Source: Candidatus Woesearchaeota archaeon (GTDB lineage Archaea > Nanobdellota > Nanobdellia > Woesearchaeales > UBA10216). From it: a stretch of 64,000 nt of DNA. The stretch is taken from assembly GCA_016180065.1 (NCBI GenBank), contig JACPBY010000001.1, positions 100,851-164,850 of the forward strand, in the 5' to 3' direction. Of the stretch, positions 43,238 to 52,431 are shown in pieces; position 1 is the first letter of the stretch, and each line of letters starts with the position of its first letter. The position numbers and the translations under genes are program-made. Below the pieces are notes generated by a model. It worked only from the letters and a program-made list of their open reading frames with translations, was not told where the DNA came from and made no database searches.

Positions 43238-45094
43238 ATGGCTGCTACTTCGCTTTTTCCCTACGACAAGATAAGGCCTGAGCAGGATGAATTGGTGAAT
43301 GACGTCTACGCTGCTGTTTCTTCTGGAAAGTGCCTTATTGCACATGCTCCGACAGGGCTGGGGAAGACTGCTGCTGCGCTGGCTCCTGCTTTAGAGTACG
43401 CGTTAAAAAGCAAAAAGGCTGTTTTCTTCCTGACCTCAAGGCATACCCAGCATCTCATGGCTGTTGAAACCGCGAAGCTGATTAAGCAGAGATATAAGAC
43501 AGGCTTTTCTGTAACCGACATTGTTGGCAAGAAGCACATGTGCGCCAGGGATGATGTTTCAGGCTTGTTCAGCAGGCAGTTTTATGATTACTGCCATGCC
43601 CTGACAGAGACTGACGGCTGCGAGTTTTTCCTGAACTTCAAGAAGGGCAGCATGCTCACTTCAGAGTCAAAGGTTGTGATTGCGAGGATGGCTGCCGAGC
43701 CGATGCATTCTGACGAGGTTGTTGCAGCTTCGAAGAGATGCAAGGTCTGCCCTTACGAGGCTGCTGTCGCTGCTTCCAGGGACGCTGCCCTGGTCATTGC
43801 GGACTATAATTATTTTTTCAGCCCAAAGGTGAGGGATGGCTTTCTGAGAAAGACAGGGAAGAGCCTTGAGGATGCGATAATCATAGTTGATGAGGCTCAT
43901 AACCTTCCGGACAGGCTTAGGGAGATGCTTACAGACAAGGTATCAACAACAATCATAGAACGGGCAATCAAGGAAGCTGAAAAGGCCTCTGATTTAGAGC
44001 TTACCGGGTTTCTGCTTGATTTAAGTGCTGCATTGAATAACCTTGGCAGAGAGTCTGGCGAGCAGGCAATAACCAAAGGCCAGCTTCTGGAACCGCTAAG
44101 AGACTATGATTTGGCAGCCATGATTGAGAGGATGTCTGTGGTTTCTGAAACAGACAGGGAGAGCGGGCAGCAGAGCTTTTTGGGAAGCGTTGCAAAATTT
44201 CTGGAAAGCTGGCAAGACAGCGATGAGGGCTATGCCCGAATCCTTTACAGCGGTCAGGGACAGAAGGGCAAGGCCGTTTCGGTTTCGTACAGGTGCCTTG
44301 ACCCCTCGCTGGCTTCTTCAGGCGTCATAAGGCAGGCACACTCTGTTATCCTGATGTCAGGAACATTAACGCCAACAGCGATGTACCGGGATATTCTCGG
44401 CTTTCCGGAAAGCACAATGCTCAGGGAGTACAGGAACCCGATGCCGAAAGAAAACAGGCTGGCACTGATTGTAACTGCAGCAACAACGAAGTTCAGCAAA
44501 AGAAACTCCAGCCAGTACGAAAAGCTGGCAGATGTCTGCATAAAAGCCTCTTCCGCAATCCAAGGCAATGTTATCCTGTTCTTTCCCAGCTACACAGTGA
44601 TGGGAGAGGTTCACAAGCACATTCACGGCAAAATCCGGAAGCAGGTGCTTAAGGAGCATGCTGACCTGTCAAAGGATGAAAAGCAAAAGCTGTTCCAGCA
44701 GTTCAAAGACGCCCACATCACCGGCGGGGTTCTCCTTGCCGTCATCGGAGGAAGCTTCAGCGAGGGCATTGACCTGCCCGGAAAGCTGCTTAACGGAGTC
44801 GTCATTGTGGGGCTGCCGCTGGGCCAGCCTGACCTTGAAACAAAGGAGCTCATACGATATTATGATGCTAGGTTCAAAAAAGGCTGGGACTATGGCTATG
44901 TCTTCCCGGCTTTCACAAAGGCTTTGCAGTCAGCAGGAAGGTGCATCAGGACAGAGACAGACAGGGGAGTGGTTGTCTTTGTGGATGAGAGGTATGCGTG
45001 GGAGAGCTACTACCGCTGCTTTCCAAAGGATATGGCGCCAAAGACGACTGAGCATTATGCAGAAGCAATTGCCGACTTTTTCAGAAAAGGCTGA
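43238..45094 (+). CDS. xpd: XPD/Rad3-type (DinG family) Fe-S DNA helicase
   Basis: Walker A is AHAPTGLGKT and the DEAH box is VDEAHNL. Four Cys residues lie between them (HMCARDD, YDYCHA, DGCEFF, CKVCPYE). Confidence 0.9.
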   Translation: MAATSLFPYDKIRPEQDELVNDVYAAVSSGKCLIAHAPTGLGKTAAALAPALEYALKSKKAVFFLTSRHTQHLMAVETAKLIKQRYKTGFSVTDIVGKKHMCARDDVSGLFSRQFYDYCHALTETDGCEFFLNFKKGSMLTSESKVVIARMAAEPMHSDEVVAASKRCKVCPYEAAVAASRDAALVIADYNYFFSPKVRDGFLRKTGKSLEDAIIIVDEAHNLPDRLREMLTDKVSTTIIERAIKEAEKASDLELTGFLLDLSAALNNLGRESGEQAITKGQLLEPLRDYDLAAMIERMSVVSETDRESGQQSFLGSVAKFLESWQDSDEGYARILYSGQGQKGKAVSVSYRCLDPSLASSGVIRQAHSVILMSGTLTPTAMYRDILGFPESTMLREYRNPMPKENRLALIVTAATTKFSKRNSSQYEKLADVCIKASSAIQGNVILFFPSYTVMGEVHKHIHGKIRKQVLKEHADLSKDEKQKLFQQFKDAHITGGVLLAVIGGSFSEGIDLPGKLLNGVVIVGLPLGQPDLETKELIRYYDARFKKGWDYGYVFPAFTKALQSAGRCIRTETDRGVVVFVDERYAWESYYRCFPKDMAPKTTEHYAEAIADFFRKG

Positions 45095-45156
45095 GTTGAG
45101 CTAATTTGGCCTGAGAATAAAAAGGTTAATAAAACATCCTTTGGTATGCCAACGCC

Positions 45157-46374
45157 ATGAGGAATGCGCATCTGCTGCTGTTGCTAATTATTAGCATTGC
45201 TCTCATCACCGGTTGCGTTTCCAAAAGCCCTTCCGGCGCTGAAAACGAGATGGTTGGAAGAACAGAAGAAAAGCCCGCACCCCCTCCTTTGCCGCAGGAA
45301 ACTCCAAGCCCCGAAGCTGATGCCAAGGACAGGCCGCAGCTTCGCGAGCTCAACATTTATGAGGACTTGGTTGTTGGCAGCGGCAGGCTTGTAATCAACA
45401 GGACAAAGCTGAGGCTTTACGGCAACCTGGTGGTAAACGGCAGCGGCAAATTAACGGTGGTTGATTCTGAAATTGTTTTTGTGCAGGACTACAACCAGCA
45501 GTACAGGGCTTATTTCAGGGATGATGCTTCCCTTGACATGAGCAATGTCCGGCTTTACACAGGTGATAAGTGGTTTAATTTTGACTACAGGGGCAACGTG
45601 GCAGTAAGGATGAGCGGTGTTAAAGGCAACGACTGCTGCACTCCGTGGCATGGGGCGTCTGAAAATGCCAGGTTTGACATCACCAACAGCACAATTGGGC
45701 TGACCATAAGCAACAACGTGGCAGTAACCGTCAGGGGTAAAAGCAGCATGTTCTTTGAGCTGGTACTTGCTGATGTGAACGGCGAGTTCATGCTGCCAAA
45801 GGGCGATGTTGATGAGTTCAGGCTGGAAATTGACAACAACAGGCAGAACGCCATGAGAATTGATGTAAGAGACTCCAGCTTCTACCACTGGGGCGCCACA
45901 CTTGACAAACACACAAACGTAACATTTGAAGATACCAGCATCACGATTGGCATGAATGCGGGCTCTGACTGGCAGCTGCCTCCGCCAACAGTTAAGGCTT
46001 CAGGACTGAAGGCAAAGAAGTACGATGATTATTCGCTGCTGTTTGACACAAATAAGCTGAGGCTGCTTAACAGTGAAGTCACTTCGTGGTACCCCCAGGC
46101 GTGGAACGGCGCAACCATTGAGCTTGAAGACTCAGACCTTGCAGACCTGCAGAACAATGGCAGGGACTCAAAGCTGGTTGTGAGGAACAGCAAGGTTGAC
46201 ATTGCGATAGCCGGGGAGAATGTTGTCCAGAAATATTTTGATTCTGAGATAAGGCAGGACGTGATTGTCCATGATGAAGCTGAAATTCACCTTTACAACA
46301 CCAAGGTTGGCGGGAAGATTCTGGAGAACGGCAACGGTAAGGTTTTTATAAACGGAAAGAGGCTTGGAAACTGA
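45157..46374 (+). CDS. secreted lipoprotein-like protein, probably beta-helix/repeat rich
   Basis: The signal plus lipobox-like sequence is LLLLLIISIALITGC. Repetitive N/V/D-rich beta-type segments follow. Confidence 0.6.
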   Translation: MRNAHLLLLLIISIALITGCVSKSPSGAENEMVGRTEEKPAPPPLPQETPSPEADAKDRPQLRELNIYEDLVVGSGRLVINRTKLRLYGNLVVNGSGKLTVVDSEIVFVQDYNQQYRAYFRDDASLDMSNVRLYTGDKWFNFDYRGNVAVRMSGVKGNDCCTPWHGASENARFDITNSTIGLTISNNVAVTVRGKSSMFFELVLADVNGEFMLPKGDVDEFRLEIDNNRQNAMRIDVRDSSFYHWGATLDKHTNVTFEDTSITIGMNAGSDWQLPPPTVKASGLKAKKYDDYSLLFDTNKLRLLNSEVTSWYPQAWNGATIELEDSDLADLQNNGRDSKLVVRNSKVDIAIAGENVVQKYFDSEIRQDVIVHDEAEIHLYNTKVGGKILENGNGKVFINGKRLGN

Positions 46375-46375
46375 T

Positions 46376-47620
46376 ATGTCGCAAAACGATTCTATCCCCT
46401 GGGCAAGGAAGCACCAGCCAAGGTCTTTTGGCGAGGTTGTCGGGCAGCCTGAAGCAGCTGAGGCTCTGGTCAAGTTTGTCAGGGACTTTGATGCAAGGCG
46501 TTCCAAGAAAAAGGCTGCACTGCTCTACGGCCCTGTCGGCTGCGGAAAGACAAGCTCAGTGTATGCTGTTGCAGCGGAGCTGGGGCTTGAGGTTCTGGAG
46601 ACAAACGCGTCTGACTTCAGGAATGCTGAAGGAATAAAATCAGTGGCTGGAGCAGCGAGCAGGCAGCTGAGCCTGTTCAGCAAAGGCAAAATCATCCTGG
46701 TTGACGAGATTGATGGCCTTGCAGGAAGGGAAGACAGGGGAGGGGTTGGGGCTGTGCAGGAAGTCATTGAACAGTCAGCCTTTCCGGTAGTGATGACTGC
46801 AAACGACCCATCTGACAAGAAATTCGCTCCTTTAAGGAAAGCTTCTGTGATGGTTGAGTTCAGGCAGCTCAGCAACAAGGACGTCAAAGAAGCACTGGCA
46901 ACAGTGGCTGCAGCGGAGAAGATAACCGCTGACGAAGATGCGCTTGCCATGCTGGCAAACAGGTCTGCCGGAGACTTAAGGGGCGCAATCACTGATTTGC
47001 AGCTTCTGTGCTCAGGAACAAGCAGGCTTACAAAAGATGTTGTCAGCGAGCTTTCAGAAAGGAACAGGGCTGAGGAGATTGAATCTGCACTGCTGAGGGT
47101 ATTCAAGACAACAGATGTCGCGATTGCGGCTGAAGCGTTTGAAAAAGTGGAAGCACAGCCAGAAGAGTGCTTCGCATGGATAGATGAGAACTTACCACAG
47201 GAATACAAGAAACCCGAGGAGCTGGCTGCAGCCTATGAAGCGCTGTCAAAGGCTGACGTGTTCAGGGGCAGGATAATGAGCAGGCAGCACTGGCGGCTGC
47301 TGAGCTACTACACCCAGCTGGTGGCAATTGGAACCGCGATAGCGAAAGAGAAAAAGTATGAAGGCACTGTGCAGTTCAAGCAGCCAACAAGAGGGCTGAA
47401 GATCTTCATAGCAAAGGCAAAGCACCAGAAAAAGCTGGACATAGCAGCAAAGATAGCTGAGAAACTGCACTCGCCAAGGCCGGCAGTCCTTTCCGACACG
47501 CTGCCTTACCTGAGGCTGATTTTCTCAAACGAAAAAGACAAGGAAAAGCTTGACCGGATGGCAGCCGAGCTCGGGCTTGATGCTGACGAGGCTGAGTGGC
47601 TCACCAGACAACAACCTTAA
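46376..47620 (+). CDS. rfcL: replication factor C large subunit
   Basis: It contains IPWARKHQPRSFGEVVGQ and the Walker A LLYGPVGCGKTS. I use the ATG at 46376, just after the upstream stop; the track start was a TTG at 46364. Confidence 0.9.
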   Translation: MSQNDSIPWARKHQPRSFGEVVGQPEAAEALVKFVRDFDARRSKKKAALLYGPVGCGKTSSVYAVAAELGLEVLETNASDFRNAEGIKSVAGAASRQLSLFSKGKIILVDEIDGLAGREDRGGVGAVQEVIEQSAFPVVMTANDPSDKKFAPLRKASVMVEFRQLSNKDVKEALATVAAAEKITADEDALAMLANRSAGDLRGAITDLQLLCSGTSRLTKDVVSELSERNRAEEIESALLRVFKTTDVAIAAEAFEKVEAQPEECFAWIDENLPQEYKKPEELAAAYEALSKADVFRGRIMSRQHWRLLSYYTQLVAIGTAIAKEKKYEGTVQFKQPTRGLKIFIAKAKHQKKLDIAAKIAEKLHSPRPAVLSDTLPYLRLIFSNEKDKEKLDRMAAELGLDADEAEWLTRQQP

Positions 47621-47811
47621 ACCTTCTCAACGCCTTCTGCTTTCTTTCCCCTGTCTCCATCAACAACGTTGAACTTTACCTTGTCGCCCTGGACTACCGT
47701 GACACCCGGGGCAATCCCGCTCTGGTGCACGAAATACTCGTTGCCGTCATCCGCTGTTATGAAGCCAAAGTGCTTCGCAGCATTAAAGAACTTAACAGTG
47801 CCTTCAACCAT
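47617..47811 (-). CDS. csp: cold-shock domain protein
   Basis: MVEGTVKFFNAAKHFGFITADDGNEYFVHQS carries the RNP1/RNP2-like motifs. Confidence 0.9.
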   Translation of the reverse strand: MVEGTVKFFNAAKHFGFITADDGNEYFVHQSGIAPGVTVVQGDKVKFNVVDGDRGKKAEGVEKV

Positions 47812-47813
47812 TT

Positions 47814-47975
47814 TCAATCACCCTTCGAGTTAAACTTCTTAACGCATTCGGTGCAGTAGTTGCTGGAATAGTGGCCTTTTGCCCTGTCAACCACAAACCT
47901 CACCTTGCACAGCCTGCAGTTGCCAATAACCTTGTACAGGATTTTTCTTGGCTTTGCAGGCTTCTTAGCTTCCAT
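47814..47975 (-). CDS. small zinc-ribbon protein (53 aa)
   Basis: Not in the track. My translation is MEAKKPAKPRKILYKVIGNCRLCKVRFVVDRAKGHYSSNYCTECVKKFNSKGD. Its stop lies 2 nt before the csp ATG. Confidence 0.5.
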   Translation of the reverse strand: MEAKKPAKPRKILYKVIGNCRLCKVRFVVDRAKGHYSSNYCTECVKKFNSKGD

Positions 47976-48068
47976 GCTTATTGGAATCCGGCTGCCTTAC
48001 TTAAAGCTATTGTTTTTTTGCCTGAAAAACACAAATATTTTATACCTTCGTTTAATCGGAAAACAGGC

Positions 48069-49589
48069 ATGCTGACAATAGACGAACTGGCAACATTCTG
48101 CAAGAGGAGAGGCTTTGTTTACCCCAGCTGCGAGATATACGGGGGAATGTCAGGCTTCTTTGACTACGGGCCATTGGGCGTTGAGCTGAAGAACAGCATA
48201 AAGCAGCAGTGGTGGAAAAGCCACGTGCAACAGCGCTCAGACATAGTTGGAATTGACGGCAGCATAATCACCCACCCGAAGGTCTGGGAGGCGTCAGGGC
48301 ACGTTGCCAACTTCACAGACATAATGGCAAAGTGCGGCAAGTGCGGCAACAGTTCCAGGGCAGACCACCTTGTTGAGGACAAAGCTAAAATCCCAACCGC
48401 AGGGATGAACACCTCACAGCTGCAGGAACTTATGGCCAAGCATAAAATAAAATGCCCCCGCTGCGGCTCTGACGTGCTAAAGATTGCCCAGCCATTCAAC
48501 CTCATGTTTAAGACAACAGTCGGCCCAAGCTCGGGGAAGGAAGCAGAAGCTTACCTGAGGCCTGAAACAGCACAGCTCATCTTTACAGACTTCAAGCTCG
48601 CGCAGGAAAACGCAAGGCTGAAGCTGCCATTTGGCATAGCGCAGATTGGGAAGGCATTCAGGAACGAGATTGCTCCGAGGGACTTTCTTTTTCGCTGCCG
48701 GGAATTTGAGCAGATGGAGATAGAATACTTTGTCCACCCGAACAAGATAGGGAAATGCCCATACGTTGAGGAGTTCAGCAGCTACGAAATGAATGTTTTA
48801 ACGAGCGAAATGCAGAAAAAAGGCGGTGATGAGCATAAAAAGACGAAAGTAAAAGAGATGCTTGACAAAAAGCTAATCCTGCCATGGCATGCCTACTGGC
48901 TGGCATTTGAGCACAATTGGCTTGCCAGCCTGGGAGCAAAGACGGAAAACTTAAGGATAAGGCAGCATGTGCAGGAGGAAAAATCACATTATGCAACAGA
49001 CACATGGGACCTTGAATACAATTTTCCCTTTGGCTGGAAAGAGCTGGAAGGAATAGCAAACAGGTCTGATTACGACCTGCAGCAGCACATGAAAGCTTCA
49101 GGAAAAGATTTAAGCTGTTTTGACCCTGAGACAAACACGAAAGTTGTTCCCCACGTCGTTGCAGAGCCAAGCCTCGGAGTGGACAGGACTTTTCTGGTCT
49201 TTTTATTTGACGCTTACGAATACGACAGCAAAAGGGAGAACATTGTTTTGCACCTGAATCCCAAGCTTGCCCCCATTAAGGCTGCGGTGTTCCCGCTGCT
49301 GTCAAACAAGGAAGAGCTGGTTGCCGATGCCAAGAAAGTCTACGATGAGCTGAGGAAGGAATTCAGCTGTTTCTACGATGAAAACGGAAGCATTGGAAGA
49401 AGGTATTCAAGGATGGACGAGGCAGGCACTCCTTACTGCATAACTGTTGACTTTGACTCGCTATCCAAGCATGATGCTACAATCCGGGACAGGGACAGCA
49501 CGAAGCAGGCCAGGGTTAAGATTAAAGAGCTGGCTGAAATCCTGCATAAACTGCTTTCTGGAAAGATGGAGTTTGGCAGCCTTGCTTAG
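48069..49589 (+). CDS. glyS: glycine--tRNA ligase (archaeal/eukaryotic alpha2 type)
   Basis: It begins MLTIDELATFCKRRGFVYPSCEIYGGMSGFFDYGPLGVELKNSIKQQWW. The track start at 47871 is a 5' extension over the opposite-strand Zn-ribbon gene. Confidence 0.9.
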   Translation: MLTIDELATFCKRRGFVYPSCEIYGGMSGFFDYGPLGVELKNSIKQQWWKSHVQQRSDIVGIDGSIITHPKVWEASGHVANFTDIMAKCGKCGNSSRADHLVEDKAKIPTAGMNTSQLQELMAKHKIKCPRCGSDVLKIAQPFNLMFKTTVGPSSGKEAEAYLRPETAQLIFTDFKLAQENARLKLPFGIAQIGKAFRNEIAPRDFLFRCREFEQMEIEYFVHPNKIGKCPYVEEFSSYEMNVLTSEMQKKGGDEHKKTKVKEMLDKKLILPWHAYWLAFEHNWLASLGAKTENLRIRQHVQEEKSHYATDTWDLEYNFPFGWKELEGIANRSDYDLQQHMKASGKDLSCFDPETNTKVVPHVVAEPSLGVDRTFLVFLFDAYEYDSKRENIVLHLNPKLAPIKAAVFPLLSNKEELVADAKKVYDELRKEFSCFYDENGSIGRRYSRMDEAGTPYCITVDFDSLSKHDATIRDRDSTKQARVKIKELAEILHKLLSGKMEFGSLA

Positions 49590-50218
49590 CCTTCCGCATT
49601 ATTGCCGAACTTCTCAAGGTGCACTATCTTCTCGTATCCAAACCGCACCGGCCTTTCAGGAGCGGGCTTGGACTCATAGCCAAGCGTTATCAGGAGCACG
49701 ACCGCATAATCCTGCGGTATGCCAAACTCTTTTTTTACCTTTCGCTCGTCAAAGTTTCCAACCGGGCAGCTTGAGATGCCCATGTTCTCTGCCGCAAGCA
49801 TCAGGGTCATGGCGGCAAGTGATGTGCTTCCGACTGCCCAGAGCCTGGCGTCTGCCTCGTTTAGCGTCAGGCTTTTCACCCGTGCAAAGAAAGCTTCCTT
49901 CTTCGCGGCATCCATGGCACCTTTTCCCGTCCTGTCTGCTGCGATTGCCTCTGCCTTTCCTGAAGGGTTCATGCTGCCAAGCGCTATGACTGTTGCCGAT
50001 GCCTGTTCAATGTGCTTCTGGCCGTTTGTGCAGCCAAGCAGCCTTTTTTTGTTTTCCTCATCCCTGACAACAATGAACTCCCAAGGCTGGAGGTTGTAGC
50101 TTGATGGTGAAAGCTTCACCAGCTCGAACAGGCGCTGCAGTTCTGCGTCGCTTATTGCCCGGTTGCCGTCGTAGTCCCTAACGCTCCTTCTTTCCTTCAC
50201 AACTTTTTCAAAATCCAT
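49586..50218 (-). CDS. nitroreductase family protein
   Basis: It begins MDFEKVVKERRSVRDY...SPSSYNLQPWEFIVV. I start at the ATG at 50218. Confidence 0.8.
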   Translation of the reverse strand: MDFEKVVKERRSVRDYDGNRAISDAELQRLFELVKLSPSSYNLQPWEFIVVRDEENKKRLLGCTNGQKHIEQASATVIALGSMNPSGKAEAIAADRTGKGAMDAAKKEAFFARVKSLTLNEADARLWAVGSTSLAAMTLMLAAENMGISSCPVGNFDERKVKKEFGIPQDYAVVLLITLGYESKPAPERPVRFGYEKIVHLEKFGNNAEG

Positions 50219-50274
50219 GGGAAATGCAGCTAAAGCAGCAACTATTAAAACCTTGCGCGAATTTCTTTGCCAAA

Positions 50275-51162
50275 ATGGCAATCAAAAGCGTCGGCTTTGC
50301 CGGCATTGGCACAATGGGCTCTGGCATGAGCCGCAACCTCGTTAAGGCGGGCTTCAGTGTCTTTGTCTACAACAGGACAAGGTCCAAGGCTGAAGCTGTT
50401 GTGAGCGCAACAGTTGTTGACACCCCGGCAGAACTGTGCAGGAGGGCTGAAGTTGTGCTGATGTGCGTTTCAAACGACAGCTCTTTGAGGGACATACTCT
50501 ACGGCAGCAGCGGCATGATGCCTGCCCTGACAGGAAAAAATATTCTCATAGACAGCAGCACAACATCTGTTGAATTAACTGCAGAAATTGCAAAGAAGTG
50601 CGCTGAGAAAGGCGCTGAGTTTCTGGACGCCCCTGTGACAGGGGGAATGAAAGGCGCGGCTGAAGGCACATTGCTATACATGATAGGCGGGAAGAAGAAA
50701 ACGTTTGAAAGCTGCCGCAATGTGCTTGAAGCAATGGGAAAACTGCTGGTTTACTGCGGCCCCAGCACTTACGGCCAGCGCATGAAGATAGCCCTCAACC
50801 TCACCCAGTCAATGATTCTTGAAAGCTGCCTTGAAGGCGTTGTGCTGGGATTGAAGGAAGGCCTGCCTCTTGGCGTGATAATGGAAACATTTGACAATTC
50901 CGGAGCCAAAAGCGGCGTTGCAACTGCCAAGCTGCCGGGCATAGTGCAGAGGGACTTTACGCCGACTTTCCTGCTTGAGCTGATGGACAAGGACCTTAAA
51001 CTTGCGGCATCTGAGATAAGCAAATTCAACCTAAAGCTGCCTGTTGCAGCGGAAACAATCAGGATACTCCAGGAATGCATGGACAAAGGCCTTGCCAAGG
51101 AAGACTGGACTGCCATAGCAAAGCTTCTTGAGCAAGAAAACAAGGCAGAGATCTCTAAATAA
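50275..51162 (+). CDS. NAD(P)-dependent beta-hydroxyacid dehydrogenase (3-hydroxyisobutyrate/6-phosphogluconate dehydrogenase-like)
   Basis: It begins MAIKSVGFAGIGTMGSGMSRNLVKAGFSVFVYNRT. I start at the ATG at 50275. Confidence 0.8.
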   Translation: MAIKSVGFAGIGTMGSGMSRNLVKAGFSVFVYNRTRSKAEAVVSATVVDTPAELCRRAEVVLMCVSNDSSLRDILYGSSGMMPALTGKNILIDSSTTSVELTAEIAKKCAEKGAEFLDAPVTGGMKGAAEGTLLYMIGGKKKTFESCRNVLEAMGKLLVYCGPSTYGQRMKIALNLTQSMILESCLEGVVLGLKEGLPLGVIMETFDNSGAKSGVATAKLPGIVQRDFTPTFLLELMDKDLKLAASEISKFNLKLPVAAETIRILQECMDKGLAKEDWTAIAKLLEQENKAEISK

Positions 51163-51173
51163 CTTTAAATATT
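51163..51173 (+). promoter_or_regulatory. TATA-like box upstream of tRNA-Pro
   Basis: ctttaaatatt is centred about 28 nt upstream of tRNA position 1 (51196). Confidence 0.45.
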
Positions 51174-51195
51174 CTCCACTGCTGCCGCTCCAGTG

Positions 51196-51381
51196 AGGGG
51201 CTGTAGTGCAACTTGGCCAACACACAGCGTTCGGGTGCAACCTTTTTGTTCGTTGCGACTCACAAAAACAAGCTCGAGCCAAGCTCGAGATGCACCCCGC
51301 CCAAAAGGCGGGTGTGGCTTGACCAAAAAGCGAAAAGGGCAGAAAAACGCTGTAGTCTGGGTTCGAATCCCAGCAGCCCCG
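51196..51381 (+). tRNA. tRNA-Pro(CGG) with a 112-nt intron after position 37 (51235-51346)
   Basis: Folded by hand. The acceptor GGGGCTG pairs with CAGCCCC. The D-arm is GTGC-AACTTGGCCA-ACAC. The anticodon stem CAGCG pairs with CGCTG, and the loop is TTCGGG..A. The T-arm is CTGGG-TTCGAAT-CCCAG and the discriminator is G. No CCA is encoded. Confidence 0.85.
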
Positions 51382-51388
51382 TTCTCAA

Positions 51389-52411
51389 TCACGGCACCAG
51401 CACAATCTTCCCAAAGGACTGCCTTGACAGCAGGCGTTCCTGGGCTTTTCTCGCGTCCTTAAGCCTGAAGGCAGAGTCCAGCACAGGCCTGAGCTTGTTG
51501 TCAGCAGCCAGCTTCGTCACTGTCATGAAATCCTTCATGGTCCCGGAAACAGAGCCAAGGATTGAGCGCTGCGCCATGAAAAGCTCCCTGATGTTAATTG
51601 TGGCTTCATTGCCAGAAGTAACGCCGCAGGTAACAAGCCTGCCGTTCCTGGCAAGGCACTTGACGCTTTTTGCAAAAGTGGCAGCCCCAACAGGATCAAT
51701 AACCACGTCAACGCCCTTATTCTTCGTTGCTGCCAATACCTCATCAATCCAATCCTCTTCCGAGTAATTTATGACAACATCAGCACCTATTCTCTGAGCC
51801 TTCCGGAGCTTCTCCTCGCTCGAGGAAGTGGCAATGACCTTTGCTCCAAGAAGCTCTGCAATCTGGATTGAAGCTACACCGACGCCAGAGCCAGCACCTA
51901 AAACAAGGACCGTCTCGTTCGGCTGGGCCTTTGCACGGTCAACAAGCATGTGGTAAGCTGTTGTAAACGTCAAAGGGAGTGCCGCAGCCTCTTCAAACTT
52001 AAGGTTTTCCGGCATCCTCATGAGGTTCTTTATCGGAACAGTGACATATTCTGCGTAGGTGCCGTCAACCTGGGCTCCTAAAGTCCTGTAAGTGGCGCAG
52101 AGATTGTGGCTGCCCTCAATGCAGAACCTGCAGTGAAAGCAGGCAACCGTAGGGTATATGATTACCTTTCTTCCCACAAAGGAAGCATCACCAGCATTAA
52201 CATCCTCAACAACACCAGCAGCATCAGCCCCCGGAATGTGGGGCAGGCTTGGCTTGTAATAATTTCCCTTCTCAACCCAGATGTCAATGCGGTTGACAGA
52301 AGCAGCCTTTACCCTCACAAGAGCCTCCCCGAAAGCGGGAACGGGCTTGGAAACATCCTCATAGCAGAGCACTTCAGGGCCGCCGAACTCATGAAACCTT
52401 ACAGCCTTCAT
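51389..52411 (-). CDS. zinc-type alcohol dehydrogenase / quinone oxidoreductase (MDR superfamily)
   Basis: It contains MKAVRFHEFGGPEVLCYEDV and GAGSGVGVASIQIAELLGAKVIATS. The track ORF extends to 52522 over a hairpin module, so I use the ATG at 52411. Confidence 0.85.
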   Translation of the reverse strand: MKAVRFHEFGGPEVLCYEDVSKPVPAFGEALVRVKAASVNRIDIWVEKGNYYKPSLPHIPGADAAGVVEDVNAGDASFVGRKVIIYPTVACFHCRFCIEGSHNLCATYRTLGAQVDGTYAEYVTVPIKNLMRMPENLKFEEAAALPLTFTTAYHMLVDRAKAQPNETVLVLGAGSGVGVASIQIAELLGAKVIATSSSEEKLRKAQRIGADVVINYSEEDWIDEVLAATKNKGVDVVIDPVGAATFAKSVKCLARNGRLVTCGVTSGNEATINIRELFMAQRSILGSVSGTMKDFMTVTKLAADNKLRPVLDSAFRLKDARKAQERLLSRQSFGKIVLVP

Positions 52412-52431
52412 GGTTTCCCTGGCGGCAGCTT

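Noticed and set aside
51235-51346. The tRNA introns considered as hosts of C/D box guide RNAs, as in the haloarchaeal tRNA-Trp intron.
   Set aside because: Only a CTGA near the 3' end of the Leu intron and an ATGAGT were found. Neither intron has a proper C box, and the Pro intron has no D box.
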